In this document: one piece after another, positions 10,943-21,439 of the stretch
How positions within the stretch are numbered: the first letter of the stretch is position 1
How the letters are laid out: each line of letters starts with the position of its first letter
From: a phage
DNA: 64,000 nt
Sequence record: PZ452589.1
Reading direction: 5' to 3' (one strand)
Notes under the pieces: generated by a model
Told to the model about the DNA's origin: nothing
The model's database searches: none
What the model saw: only the letters and a program-made list of their open reading frames with translations
Translations under genes and position numbers: made by a program

Positions 10943-13206
10943 TACAATTTACACGCTGCGCAATCTTCAGCTTTTGGAGTTTCTATTTCATAATCATCAG
11001 TACCAGAACCATCACGGGTATTATGATAATAGAAATTTTTTCCGCCAAAATACCAAAAATACAAAAGGTCATCAATCATTATTGACATTGGAACCTTTCC
11101 TTTTGGAAAAATCTGCGGGTCATAATATGTATTCGCTGAAGCTGATTGACATACCCATTTCAGCATAATAGCTACCTGCGTAAGATAAGGTTTATTACCT
11201 TTCTTAGCTAATTTCCATGTATAATCATATAGGTCTATGTTATGTTCAATATTGGGCACGACTTGATTAAAGGAACCCTCTTTTGATTCTTTAACAGAGA
11301 CTGGTCCACGTGGAGGCTCGATACCGTTTGTACTGTTAGAAACTTGGGAAGATGACTCACATGGCATAAGTGCTGATAGTGTGCTATTACGGATGCCAAA
11401 GAGCTTAAGGTCTTCCCGCAGCGACGACCAGTCACAAACGTATTTTGGAGCTGCGATTTGGTCAATCTTTTTATTGTACCAGTCGATAGGTAATTCGCCT
11501 CGAGACCAACGAGTGTCTGAATAATATTCACAAGGTCCTTTTTCTTTGGCGAGCTTAATGGATGCTTTAATGAGTCCATACTGTAATCTCTCAAATAGTT
11601 CATGTGTTAAATCGTTAGCATCTTCATAAGAAGCAAAGTTACTTGCCAACCAAGCTGCATAGTTAGTAACACCTACACCGAGGTTACGACGCTTTTTAGC
11701 TTTTTCTGCTTCAGGAACTGGATATCCTTGGTAATCCAAAAGATTATCAAGAGCACGAACCTGGACTTCTGCCAATTCATTAATTTTATCTTGGTCTTGC
11801 CAGTCAAAATTATCCAGTACGAATGCAGAGAGAGTACACAATCCAATTTCAGCATCAGGACTATTCACATCATTTGTTGGAATAGCAATTTCACAGCACA
11901 AGTTACTCTGACGAATAGGTGCCTTTTCACGAATAAACGGAGTATAGTTATTCGTATTATCAATGAACTGTACATAAATCCTTGCTGTTCCTGAGCGTTC
12001 AGTCATGAGCAATTCAAATAGTTCACGGGCTTTAATACGCTTTTTACGAATATTAGGGTCTTTTTCTGCTGCTTCGTATAATTCACGGAAACGGTCTTGG
12101 TCTTTAAAATAAGAATAATAAAGCTCTCCGCCCATTTCATGGGGACTGAACAAAGTAATGTAATCGTTCTTTCCAAAACGTTCCATCATCAAATCATTCA
12201 GTTGAACACCATAATCCATATGACGAATGCGGTTTTCTTCTACGCCTTTGTTATTTTTCAAAACAAGAAGATTTTCAACTTCCAAATGCCAAATAGGATA
12301 ATAAGCAGTAGCAGCGCCGCCACGAATTCCACCCTGTGAGCATGATTTAACAGCAGTCTGAAAATGTTTCCAAAAAGGAATAACACCAGTATGGCGTACT
12401 TCACCCATGCCAATCTTAGAACCTTCAGCACGAATCATACCAACGTTAATACCAATTCCAGCGCGTTTAGAGATATATTCAACAATTGAAGCGGAAGCCT
12501 TATTGATAGACTTTAATGAATCACCTGCCTCAATAACAACGCATGAACTAAACTGCCGAGTTGGAGTACGGCAACCAGCCATAATAGGAGTTGGTAATGA
12601 AATCTGTCGAGTAGATACCGCTTCATAAAAACGGATAACATGTTTTAATCTATCAACAGGTTCATCTTGATGCAATGCCATTCCAATAGTCATAAATGCA
12701 AACTGTGGAGTTTCATAAATTTGACCAGTGGTTTTATCTTTAACTAGATATTTTTCTTTTAATTGCATCGCCCCGGAATAAGTAAATTCCATATCCCGCT
12801 CGTGCTTAATTTTTGATTCTAAAAATGTAATTTCTTCTGCTGAATATTTTGACAATAATTCAGGGTCATATTTACCTTCATTTACACAGTAAGAAATATG
12901 GTCAATAAATGAACGTGGTTCATACTGCCCATAAACATGCTTACGAAGAGCAAACATTAAACAGCGTGCAGCTACATATTGATAATCAGGTTCTTCAACC
13001 GAAATAGAATTCGCAGCGGCCTTAATGACAATAGTCTGAATATCATCAGTTGTCATTCCATCACGGAGATAAGATTTAATATTTTCATATAATTCATAAG
13101 GATCTACTGATGTTCCTTCAGCTGCCCAAGATAAAACTTTAATAATTTTTTGTGGGTCAAAGCTCTGAGAAACACCACTACTTTTGATAACATTAATTAA
13201 TTGCAT
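10942..13206 (-). CDS. nrdA: ribonucleotide reductase large subunit, 754 aa
   Basis: class Ia R1 sequence; length equals T4 NrdA. Confidence 0.92.
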   Translation of the reverse strand: MQLINVIKSSGVSQSFDPQKIIKVLSWAAEGTSVDPYELYENIKSYLRDGMTTDDIQTIVIKAAANSISVEEPDYQYVAARCLMFALRKHVYGQYEPRSFIDHISYCVNEGKYDPELLSKYSAEEITFLESKIKHERDMEFTYSGAMQLKEKYLVKDKTTGQIYETPQFAFMTIGMALHQDEPVDRLKHVIRFYEAVSTRQISLPTPIMAGCRTPTRQFSSCVVIEAGDSLKSINKASASIVEYISKRAGIGINVGMIRAEGSKIGMGEVRHTGVIPFWKHFQTAVKSCSQGGIRGGAATAYYPIWHLEVENLLVLKNNKGVEENRIRHMDYGVQLNDLMMERFGKNDYITLFSPHEMGGELYYSYFKDQDRFRELYEAAEKDPNIRKKRIKARELFELLMTERSGTARIYVQFIDNTNNYTPFIREKAPIRQSNLCCEIAIPTNDVNSPDAEIGLCTLSAFVLDNFDWQDQDKINELAEVQVRALDNLLDYQGYPVPEAEKAKKRRNLGVGVTNYAAWLASNFASYEDANDLTHELFERLQYGLIKASIKLAKEKGPCEYYSDTRWSRGELPIDWYNKKIDQIAAPKYVCDWSSLREDLKLFGIRNSTLSALMPCESSSQVSNSTNGIEPPRGPVSVKESKEGSFNQVVPNIEHNIDLYDYTWKLAKKGNKPYLTQVAIMLKWVCQSASANTYYDPQIFPKGKVPMSIMIDDLLYFWYFGGKNFYYHNTRDGSGTDDYEIETPKAEDCAACKL

Positions 13207-13523
13207 AAGTCCTCAACTTGAAAATCGTCTTTAAACAATCGGTTAACTATATGAGCTATTATATCACCATGACACGGCTTTGGTTTACATGTGCATCCTA
13301 GCCTCATTCCACGTAAAGGCTCTAAATGTGCTTTAGTTATTTCTCCGGATTTAATTCGACGTATAAAATCTTTTTTGAATAATTCAATGGCAGCCTCCCG
13401 GCTGCCAGCATCTTTACCGACGTAATTTCCCCAAAATGTACCACGGTGAATATTAACATCAAAGTCGGATTTATATTTATTCACTACTCGGCATATACGG
13501 CCTGCGCGGTTGTAAGTGTTCAT
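13197..13523 (-). CDS. hypothetical protein with C-x-C-x-P-x-P-C-HGD cysteine motif, 108 aa
   Basis: ..[22 protein letters not shown].. resembles DUF4326-type proteins as I recall them; unverified. Confidence 0.5.
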   Translation of the reverse strand: MNTYNRAGRICRVVNKYKSDFDVNIHRGTFWGNYVGKDAGSREAAIELFKKDFIRRIKSGEITKAHLEPLRGMRLGCTCKPKPCHGDIIAHIVNRLFKDDFQVEDLCN

Positions 13524-13752
13524 ATTGTTCTTCCGTTAAAACAGTAATATCGTAGTAACAGTCAGAAGAAGTTTTAACTGTGGAAATTTTATTATCAAAA
13601 TACTCACGAGTCATTTTATGAGTATAATATTTTTTGCCATAAATGATAATAGGCTGATTTGGTCCTGGAACTTCTAACTCACTTGGATTAGGAAGTGTAA
13701 AAAGAACTACACCAGAAGTATCTTTAAATCGTAAAATCATATATCCTCGCAA
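13477..13752 (-). CDS. hypothetical protein, 91 aa
   Basis: ORF overlapping the downstream ORF by 47 nt in another frame. Confidence 0.45.
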   Translation of the reverse strand: MRGYMILRFKDTSGVVLFTLPNPSELEVPGPNQPIIIYGKKYYTHKMTREYFDNKISTVKTSSDCYYDITVLTEEQYEHLQPRRPYMPSSE

Positions 13753-13760
13753 TAATAAAA

Positions 13761-14621
13761 TTACACCGCCATTTTTCCTTTAATTGGCGGATGAGATACA
13801 TAGTTGTTAAGAACAAAATTATGAGGCTTTGCAAATTGACTCAACCAAAATACCTGCGATTCTGTGTCCCATTCATCAAATTCATCTGGAAATTTTAATT
13901 GTAATTCGCATAAATCCATAGGTTCACGACATAAAATTTCTTTACATTGTTCTACGTGATTCATATAGATATGAGTATTACCACCAGAAAATATCAAATC
14001 TCCCGGAATAAGATTACACATCTTAGCTACAATATGAACTAACGTAGCATATGATGCAATATTAAATGGAAGACCGAGGAAAACATCTACCGAACGTTGA
14101 TACCACTGAAGGTCAAGGTATCCATTACGCACATTAAACTGATAGAACATATGACAAGGCGGTAATGCCATATATTTAAGTTCAGCTGGATTCCACGCAG
14201 AAACAATTTGACGCCTATCATTTGGCAGTTTTTTAATACGATCAATAACTTCTATAATTTGATCTACACCGCCAAAATCACGCCACTGTTTTCCATAAAT
14301 TGGACCAAGTTCACCGCTATGGTATCCTAAATCTTTTGCTTGATTTTCGTAATTTTCATCCCAGACTGTTTTGCCTTGAATTAATGAATCATGTTGAATT
14401 AATCGCAAATCATTGACATTTGTGCTTCCTGATAAAAACCATATTAGCTCAGCAATGCATGCATTCCAGGCGAGCTTTTTAGTTGTTACTGCAGGAAAAC
14501 CTTTGGTTAAATCCCAACGCAATTTAGTACCGAACAAAGCAATTGTTCCTGTGCCCGTTCGGTCATCGGTTTCATAGCCATTTTCAAAAATGTCTTTAAT
14601 TAAATCTTGGTATTGTTTCAT
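13761..14621 (-). CDS. td: thymidylate synthase, 286 aa, uninterrupted
   Basis: ThyA sequence (..[10 protein letters not shown]..); contiguous ORF, no intron. Confidence 0.92.
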   Translation of the reverse strand: MKQYQDLIKDIFENGYETDDRTGTGTIALFGTKLRWDLTKGFPAVTTKKLAWNACIAELIWFLSGSTNVNDLRLIQHDSLIQGKTVWDENYENQAKDLGYHSGELGPIYGKQWRDFGGVDQIIEVIDRIKKLPNDRRQIVSAWNPAELKYMALPPCHMFYQFNVRNGYLDLQWYQRSVDVFLGLPFNIASYATLVHIVAKMCNLIPGDLIFSGGNTHIYMNHVEQCKEILCREPMDLCELQLKFPDEFDEWDTESQVFWLSQFAKPHNFVLNNYVSHPPIKGKMAV

Positions 14622-14666
14622 TTAGTACCTTATATAAATTATAATACATTTTATGAAGCTAAATAA

Positions 14667-15014
14667 TCAATACGGTTTAGCATCAAATTTTCTCTCAATT
14701 TCAGGCGTGAAATATAATTCTTTACCGCGTTTGGAAAAGCGACCAATAATATGATAATTATTCTCATCAAACGTGATATTACCAATATCCATAGCTTTCA
14801 ACCAAATATCAATATTTCTATCCAGCTTTATGTCAAAATTCCAATACGGAGAACTATTACCGAAAATACTACAAGCGGATTCAGTGAAACAACTGCTATA
14901 AATCTTGTCTTTAGGAACTACTAATTGATAGACACCTTTAATAAACTGAGGACCCTGCCACTTTGGCTGTTTCTCATCTTTTTCTAATAGAATAGGGTAA
15001 TAATTAAAATTCAT
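14667..15014 (-). CDS. hypothetical protein, 115 aa
   Basis: ORF between td and frd. Confidence 0.55.
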   Translation of the reverse strand: MNFNYYPILLEKDEKQPKWQGPQFIKGVYQLVVPKDKIYSSCFTESACSIFGNSSPYWNFDIKLDRNIDIWLKAMDIGNITFDENNYHIIGRFSKRGKELYFTPEIERKFDAKPY

Positions 15015-15033
15015 ATTTCCGCCGCGCGTTATT

Positions 15034-15992
<959 letters not shown>

Positions 15993-16045
15993 TTTTTAAA
16001 GCATTGCATAATAGAATTCATCATTCATAAACTCAAATACAAAAA

Positions 16046-16405
16046 TTATATTATCTCCCATCGAAAAGGGTCAGGAGCATATCCGATAGAGTTAATCTTT
16101 TTAACTAAAGTTACCATTCCTTTGTTAACTGCTTGTGCGATTTCATCAAAAACTTCATCGCTATCATCATAAAGGTCATTAAAAAGTTCTAACACGTTCT
16201 TCTGAACTTTTAATTTATGACCAACAATCTCGCCTACAGTAAATTCGTTTCCGCCGATTCCAGTGTAAAACGTAATTACACCAGTTAACAGACTTTCGCG
16301 AGAATCTAGGTCATGTGATAAATTAATATAAGCCATCCCGGGTGCAGTTTTAAGTTGGCAACGAATATTTACTTGTGAAATTCCAGTTACATGAATGTCA
16401 GACAT
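16046..16405 (-). CDS. hypothetical protein, 119 aa (frd.x)
   Basis: ORF; unknown function. Confidence 0.55.
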   Translation of the reverse strand: MSDIHVTGISQVNIRCQLKTAPGMAYINLSHDLDSRESLLTGVITFYTGIGGNEFTVGEIVGHKLKVQKNVLELFNDLYDDSDEVFDEIAQAVNKGMVTLVKKINSIGYAPDPFRWEII

Positions 16406-16415
16406 AATATTTTCC

Positions 16416-16658
16416 TCAAATAGACTTTTTCACAATTTTCCAATCAGCTTTAAACTGATCGACGTCAGAGTGATAAATCCAAAATCCTGCGCTTTCACCG
16501 TCTTCATAAAGCGGACACCCATCACATTCATCTTCCCATCCCATGCCACGTAAAAGGTGTTCAGCTTTTTCAACAAGTTCAGAATCTTTACCGATGATAT
16601 TAAAATACCATTTACCTCTAACTTCTGAATCTTTGATGCTCTGGCGTTGTAATCTCAT
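16416..16658 (-). CDS. hypothetical protein, 80 aa (frd.x)
   Basis: ORF with AAGGAGAATAAA SD. Confidence 0.55.
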   Translation of the reverse strand: MRLQRQSIKDSEVRGKWYFNIIGKDSELVEKAEHLLRGMGWEDECDGCPLYEDGESAGFWIYHSDVDQFKADWKIVKKSI

Positions 16659-16668
16659 TTTATTCTCC

Positions 16669-16737
16669 TTAGCAAGCTTTAATCAAAAGATATAAACAGA
16701 CCAACATAACTGCTGCCATAATATAAGGTGCGAACAT
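16669..16737 (-). CDS. possible 22-aa hydrophobic micro-peptide (MFAPYIMAAVMLVCLYLLIKAC)
   Basis: ATG with GGAG 9 nt upstream, between early promoter and next gene; too short to call firmly. Confidence 0.3.
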   Translation of the reverse strand: MFAPYIMAAVMLVCLYLLIKAC

Positions 16738-16767
16738 TTTCTTTTCTCCATTAGTTTTGATAGGGTA

Positions 16768-16797
16768 ATAGTATCACACTACTACCCTTCTGTAAAC
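16768..16797 (-). promoter_or_regulatory. early-promoter-like element (GTTTACA-N17-TACTAT)
   Basis: minus-strand motif with TGTGA before -10. Confidence 0.4.
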
Positions 16798-17162
16798 TAC
16801 TTTTTGAAAGTTTTTCGCAAAAGTTCAATGATTTCATCTACATTGTTTTCGTCAACAATGCAGTGAATTTTTGTTACGCCAGAAACTTTGTCTTTGACTT
16901 CATCTTCTTCAGAAGTCGGTTCTTTATACTCACGAAAACAATGAAATTCGTCTTCACAAACGTTAAAGTAAAAATGCTTTCCATTTGCGCATTCAATGTG
17001 TTTTATTACTCTAAATCCATCAACAAAGAAAGCTTCTTTAACTTCAAACCATCCGCCATTTTCTTGAATAATTTTAACTATTGCTGAATTAGAACGTGGG
17101 CGATAATTAATAAATGTATCAATAAGTCTTGGAACAAGTTCATACTTTTTACCGATATACAT
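16797..17162 (-). CDS. hypothetical protein, 121 aa (frd.x)
   Basis: ORF; unknown function. Confidence 0.55.
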   Translation of the reverse strand: MYIGKKYELVPRLIDTFINYRPRSNSAIVKIIQENGGWFEVKEAFFVDGFRVIKHIECANGKHFYFNVCEDEFHCFREYKEPTSEEDEVKDKVSGVTKIHCIVDENNVDEIIELLRKTFKK

Positions 17163-17270
17163 TATGTTTTCCTCATTTTAACGGGGCTGTAATAGCCCCT
17201 TGATAATTATTGTTCAATCAATCCCATGTAAAATTCTGCGTCTTCAGAATCCATACCATCACAATATTCA

Positions 17271-17435
17271 TTAAGCCATAAAGCGGGTGAGGTCTTCAAG
17301 AGGACCTTCAATAACGATTTGAATACTCCAAAACTTAGAATCTTGCACGCTTGTGATACTAAGTTCAGGATAACGATTACGAATAATTTCTTCGATATAT
17401 TCAAAATCAACGATGTCAATATCAACTTTAGCCAT
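17271..17435 (-). CDS. hypothetical acidic protein, 54 aa ([13 protein letters not shown]..)
   Basis: start at internal Met preceded by AAGAGGAAAATA SD and promoter; track ORF (17271-17498) upstream part overlaps the promoter. Confidence 0.45.
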
Positions 17436-17478
17436 ATTATTTTCCTCTTTAATCATCAGCAGTATTGCCGATAGTTGT

Positions 17479-17508
17479 ATAGTACCATGGAAGGACAAGG
17501 ATGTAAAC
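17479..17508 (-). promoter_or_regulatory. early-promoter-like element (GTTTACA-N17-TACTAT)
   Basis: minus-strand GTTTACA at 17502-17508, TACTAT at 17479-17484. Confidence 0.45.
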
Positions 17509-17531
17509 CGTTTTGTGAAAAAATTTTTGAA

Positions 17532-17556
17532 ATAAAAAAGGGGACCTCTAGGGTCC
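17532..17556 (-). terminator. rho-independent terminator downstream of gene 32
   Basis: minus-strand GGGACC-CUAGA-GGUCCC followed by UUUUUUAUUUC. Confidence 0.6.
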
Positions 17557-17579
17557 CAATTAATTAGTAATATAATCTA

Positions 17580-18485
17580 TTAAAGGTCATTCAAAAGGTC
17601 ATCCAGGTCTGTGTCATCAGCACTAGATGAACTGCCAGAGCTTGAGCTCATAAAATCATCTTCAGTTTTTGTATTGAAGTCATCAACATTGAATGCATCC
17701 AAATCATCAGCAACTTTATCAGCTTTCTTAGCAGCAGTTGCAGCAGCACCGCCCATCACAGCAGTTCCCATAACTTGACCGAATTTAGTGCTCAGTTCTT
17801 CAAACGATTTGAATTTATCTTTAGAAGTCATTTCAGAAAGGTCAACCATTTGTTCGAACAGTTCTTTCTGGAAAGATTCATCGTCAATGTTTGGAATCGC
17901 AGATTGATTCAGGAATTTAGATTCGTCGTAGTTACTAAATCCAGAAACCTGTTTAACTTTCAGTACAAAGTTAGCACCTTCCCACGGACAAGTTACATCA
18001 ACCGGAGTTTCACCCATTTCAACATCAACCGCAATCATCGCGTTGATTTTATCCCAGATTTTCTTACCGAAACGATATTTAAATACTTTACCTTCATTTT
18101 CTGGAGCAGCTGGGTCTTTTACAACAAGAATATTAGCCCAGTAAGAAGTTTTACGTTTAACAAGACTGTACTCTTTATTGTCAGTGTTGTACAGATCATT
18201 TTTACTGATGTACTGACATACTGGACAAGAATCGTAATCACCGTGGGTAGATGAACACGTTTCAATATACCATTTGCCATTTTTCTTGAAACCATGATTT
18301 ACAAGAATTGCAAATGGTGCTTGTTCATCATTTTTAGACGGAAGAAAACGAATTACTGCTTGACCGTTACCCGCATTATCGAGTTTCAGTTTCCACTCGC
18401 CTTTATCTTCAGAAGAAAAACCTTTATTGCCATTCAGTTTAGCCATTTGTGCAGCAAGTTCAGCAGTAGATTTACGTTTAAACAT
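17580..18485 (-). CDS. 32: single-stranded DNA-binding protein gp32, 301 aa
   Basis: [23 protein letters not shown].. and acidic C-terminus ..DDLLNDL match remembered T4 gp32. Confidence 0.93.
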
Positions 18486-18539
18486 TTTATTTCCTTTTTA
18501 ACTTAATTTAATTAACAGTTGGTGCTATGACACTTTACC
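18486..18539 (-). promoter_or_regulatory. gene 32 mRNA leader / translational operator region
   Basis: leader contains UUAAAUUAAGUUAAAAAGGAAAUAAA repeats as in the T4 gp32 autoregulatory site; structure not verified. Confidence 0.4.
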
Positions 18540-19172
18540 TCATAGCTGGCATAATTTGCAATACTCTGGGTCTTCGAGAGGTATCCAACCTGAGTTGAAA
18601 TACTTTACCATCGATTTAGCAGTTGTATCAGTTATATTTATATTACCTTTAACTCTTCGCCATCCAGGAGTTTTACCGTACAGATTAGAGGATAATAATA
18701 ACACATAATTCTCGTAAGCAATATGAGATAATTTCCAAGACTCTATATTAGCTCGTGATGTTTTCCAAGGTCTAAAATCGTCACGGTTCATATAATTAGC
18801 CAATCTCATATGCTCTCTAACTTCCGGGTCTTTGGCTGGATGAGTTTCACCACTCACACCAAATCCACCACCAGCATATACCAGATTAAAATAGTCTGGA
18901 TTATCTCTGGCATTTACTTCAAGTTGGTATTTTCGTTCTGCTTCAATAACATCCAAGTCATCATCAATTTGAATTATTTTAACGCTCGGTTTTTGAAGCA
19001 TTAGCGCATTCAAAAATCTTTTTTGTTTACATGAGCTCCAGTATTCCTTTCCGGAAGAGTCATATATTATTCCGTTCTCAAATGAGCAATTTAATTTACT
19101 ACCGATATAGTAGTATGGCGGAGTCTTATTTTTGACACGGTCTTCAAATGTAAACCAATATACTATATTCAT
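18540..19172 (-). CDS. segG: GIY-YIG-type homing endonuclease (segG-like), 210 aa
   Basis: N-terminal IVYWFTF..YYYIGSK GIY-YIG-like motif; located between genes 32 and 59 as T4 segG. Confidence 0.6.
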   Translation of the reverse strand: MNIVYWFTFEDRVKNKTPPYYYIGSKLNCSFENGIIYDSSGKEYWSSCKQKRFLNALMLQKPSVKIIQIDDDLDVIEAERKYQLEVNARDNPDYFNLVYAGGGFGVSGETHPAKDPEVREHMRLANYMNRDDFRPWKTSRANIESWKLSHIAYENYVLLLSSNLYGKTPGWRRVKGNINITDTTAKSMVKYFNSGWIPLEDPEYCKLCQL

Positions 19173-19173
19173 A

Positions 19174-19827
19174 TCAATACTTACAAGATTTCACAGTTTC
19201 AATGAAAACATTTTTAGCTTTCTGTGAATCAATATTTAAAATTTTTCTATAAGCCTTTAACTTTATAGAATAATTATTCCAGACTAAATTATCAGTCTGT
19301 TCATCATGTTTATCAATTATATTTAAAAATGAATCAAGCAAGATAAACGTCTCAAACGAAATTATGTTCGATTGCAGAAGTTTAAAAATATAACTTGATT
19401 GAACTTTTGGATTATATTCAAAAATTTCTTTAAAAGCAGAAACTTCAACTTTTTTACTAAAATAATAAATGTTGCGAATATCTTCTTCAAACTTAAATTT
19501 AATTTGCTTTAAGCGTCCGATATATTCACGATAAAACACAAGTGCATCAGCGTCAGAGATGTCACCAATCCAAGCATCTTGGTTAGCAACCAAATTACTT
19601 ATAAAGATTAAAGCAAGTTCCTTTAATTTATATTTTTCTGATAACTTCTGAAAAAAATACTTATCCCTTCGCTTTTGATAAGCGGCATCAGACACCCGCA
19701 TGCACCAATTATACTTAATAACATCATACTTTCCATTCATATGTTGTTTTATCATTAAGTATAATTTATAAACTGATTTACCATCAATGTATCTTTCACC
19801 ACCAGCAGGCATGCGGAGTTTAATCAT
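19174..19827 (-). CDS. 59: gp59 helicase loader, 217 aa
   Basis: sequence and length match remembered T4 gp59; synteny 32-59-33. Confidence 0.9.
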   Translation of the reverse strand: MIKLRMPAGGERYIDGKSVYKLYLMIKQHMNGKYDVIKYNWCMRVSDAAYQKRRDKYFFQKLSEKYKLKELALIFISNLVANQDAWIGDISDADALVFYREYIGRLKQIKFKFEEDIRNIYYFSKKVEVSAFKEIFEYNPKVQSSYIFKLLQSNIISFETFILLDSFLNIIDKHDEQTDNLVWNNYSIKLKAYRKILNIDSQKAKNVFIETVKSCKY

Positions 19828-20162
19828 AGCAGAAAATCTAATGTATTAGTTTTTTCACAACGAACAACAGAAGGACGTAAAAGATTTTCGTCAATAGCTT
19901 CCGACTGAATTTTTTCAATTATACCCGAAGGAATAAATTTAGCAAATTGAGTTTCAGGAATAGAGTTTTCTTCCAAGAATGCTGTCGTAGCTTCAAGATA
20001 ACTCATTCCAAACTCTTCTACCATTTTTTCAATAATAAATCCATTTTCTTGACGATCAAGAAGCTTTGCTATTTCATCCTTTTCTTTCTTGATTGAAAGT
20101 TCTTTTTCTGAAAGACCGGTCTCATCGACCGGGCGAATATCATTTAGAGAAAACTGTGTCAT
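19824..20162 (-). CDS. 33: gp33 late-transcription co-activator, 112 aa
   Basis: MTQFSLNDIRPVDETGLSEKEL.. ending in clamp-binding-type tail ..TLDFLL; start at internal Met. Confidence 0.85.
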   Translation of the reverse strand: MTQFSLNDIRPVDETGLSEKELSIKKEKDEIAKLLDRQENGFIIEKMVEEFGMSYLEATTAFLEENSIPETQFAKFIPSGIIEKIQSEAIDENLLRPSVVRCEKTNTLDFLL

Positions 20163-20409
20163 AAAGTTCAACTACCTCTTCAGTTTCAGCTTCAAACACA
20201 TCACGATTATCTTTATGATACAAAGCTAATAGACGATTAAACATCTTACCATCAACGCCAAGTTCATCTTTGGCACGAATTCGAATATCTTTAATCAGTT
20301 CATTATAACCGGAAATTTTCAGTTTATGATCAGATGCTTCTTTAATAAATTTAGCCAAGTCTTCGCCATGGATAGCTTCATCAAATTCAACCATTTCTTT
20401 TTTAGCCAT
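20140..20409 (-). CDS. dsbA: DsbA double-stranded DNA-binding protein, 89 aa
   Basis: MAKKEMVEFDEAIHGEDLAKFIKE.. matches remembered T4 DsbA. Confidence 0.85.
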   Translation of the reverse strand: MAKKEMVEFDEAIHGEDLAKFIKEASDHKLKISGYNELIKDIRIRAKDELGVDGKMFNRLLALYHKDNRDVFEAETEEVVELYDTVFSK

Positions 20410-20417
20410 TATTCACC

Positions 20418-21335
20418 TCAAAATTCATTAATGCTATTAGTTAATTTAGAAAGACCCGCTTTTACAAAATATGAATAAATTTTGCCACGCGGTGGTAATT
20501 TATATGAATTATAGTAATTCACAATGTTTGAAGCAATATTATCAGGAATATAATCAAAATCAATTAGAACTAAATTTTCTTTATAACGATTATACTCAGA
20601 TTCTGAGAGAAGTACCTTAGCTTGCTCACGATCATTAGCAATAGCTTCAACGATTGAAGTTTTCATTGAAGGAGTCCGTTCACCTTCAACTCTGGTAAAC
20701 CAAAAGTCAGAACGTACTTTAACTGAAGCAACGTTATCCTTTTTGTCACCCTTAAGAATTTTAGTCATACAATCAATTTCAGCAGAACCGCTTTTAATTT
20801 TAACCCATTTCTTATGCATCGGTGACCATTGCTTAACATTTGGATATTTGTGAAGCTGTGTAAAGTCACCATCCGATGAAATGATTAAAATCTTATGTCC
20901 TTCTAAAGAGAACTTTTTAACAAGAACAGCAATGTGGTCATCTGCTTCATACTTATCAATATCCATAACAATGTATGGCATATAAGCTTTCAATTCATCT
21001 ATAACTTTATGGCTGGATTCAAAATAACCTTCCCAGTCCCAAGTAGATTCTTCTCGTGCTTTTCCACGGTTTTTCTTGTAATAGTAAGCGAAATCACGAC
21101 GCCAGTATCCAGATTTCGCGTTATCAATACACAGCACAATTTTAGTGTATCCAAGCGTTTTTGCTTTTTTGACATTAAACTTAATTGAGTTCAATATCAA
21201 ATGACGAACCATCGATAAATTAATTTTTTCTTTATCTGGGAAGTTTACCAGAGCAGTTGAAAGAGCAATTTGACTAAAGTCAATAAAGCAAATTCCTTCT
21301 TTGTAATCTTCATCCAGCATCATTTCTAAATCCAT
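20418..21335 (-). CDS. rnh: RNase H / 5'-3' flap exonuclease, 305 aa
   Basis: MDLEMMLDEDYKEG.. matches remembered T4 RNase H; start at internal Met (track ORF extends to 21350). Confidence 0.9.
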   Translation of the reverse strand: MDLEMMLDEDYKEGICFIDFSQIALSTALVNFPDKEKINLSMVRHLILNSIKFNVKKAKTLGYTKIVLCIDNAKSGYWRRDFAYYYKKNRGKAREESTWDWEGYFESSHKVIDELKAYMPYIVMDIDKYEADDHIAVLVKKFSLEGHKILIISSDGDFTQLHKYPNVKQWSPMHKKWVKIKSGSAEIDCMTKILKGDKKDNVASVKVRSDFWFTRVEGERTPSMKTSIVEAIANDREQAKVLLSESEYNRYKENLVLIDFDYIPDNIASNIVNYYNSYKLPPRGKIYSYFVKAGLSKLTNSINEF

Positions 21336-21397
21336 ATGAACCTCGTTCAATTAGTGAGATTTCTATTATATACTATCTAAATCTTAAAGTAAACAGG

Positions 21398-21405
21398 TAT
21401 AAATA
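21398..21405 (+). promoter_or_regulatory. late promoter TATAAATA for tail-fibre gene 34
   Basis: exact TATAAATA 35 nt upstream of gene 34 ATG, followed by AGGAG SD. Confidence 0.55.
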
Positions 21406-21439
21406 CTTATTATTGAAAACACAATAGGAGCCCGGGAGA

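Noticed and set aside
13761-14621. Group I intron in td (and in nrdB 9126-10304)
   Set aside because: Both genes are single uninterrupted ORFs of the expected full length (286 and 392 aa).
14622-14670. Possible sigma70/late promoter upstream of td (TTGATT..TATTAT and TTTATATAAGG)
   Set aside because: Spacer of 18 nt and no exact TATAAATA; too ambiguous to annotate.
17207-17425. 72-aa ORF overlapping the 54-aa acidic protein gene
   Set aside because: Alternative frame with no SD; the neighbouring frame has SD and promoter.
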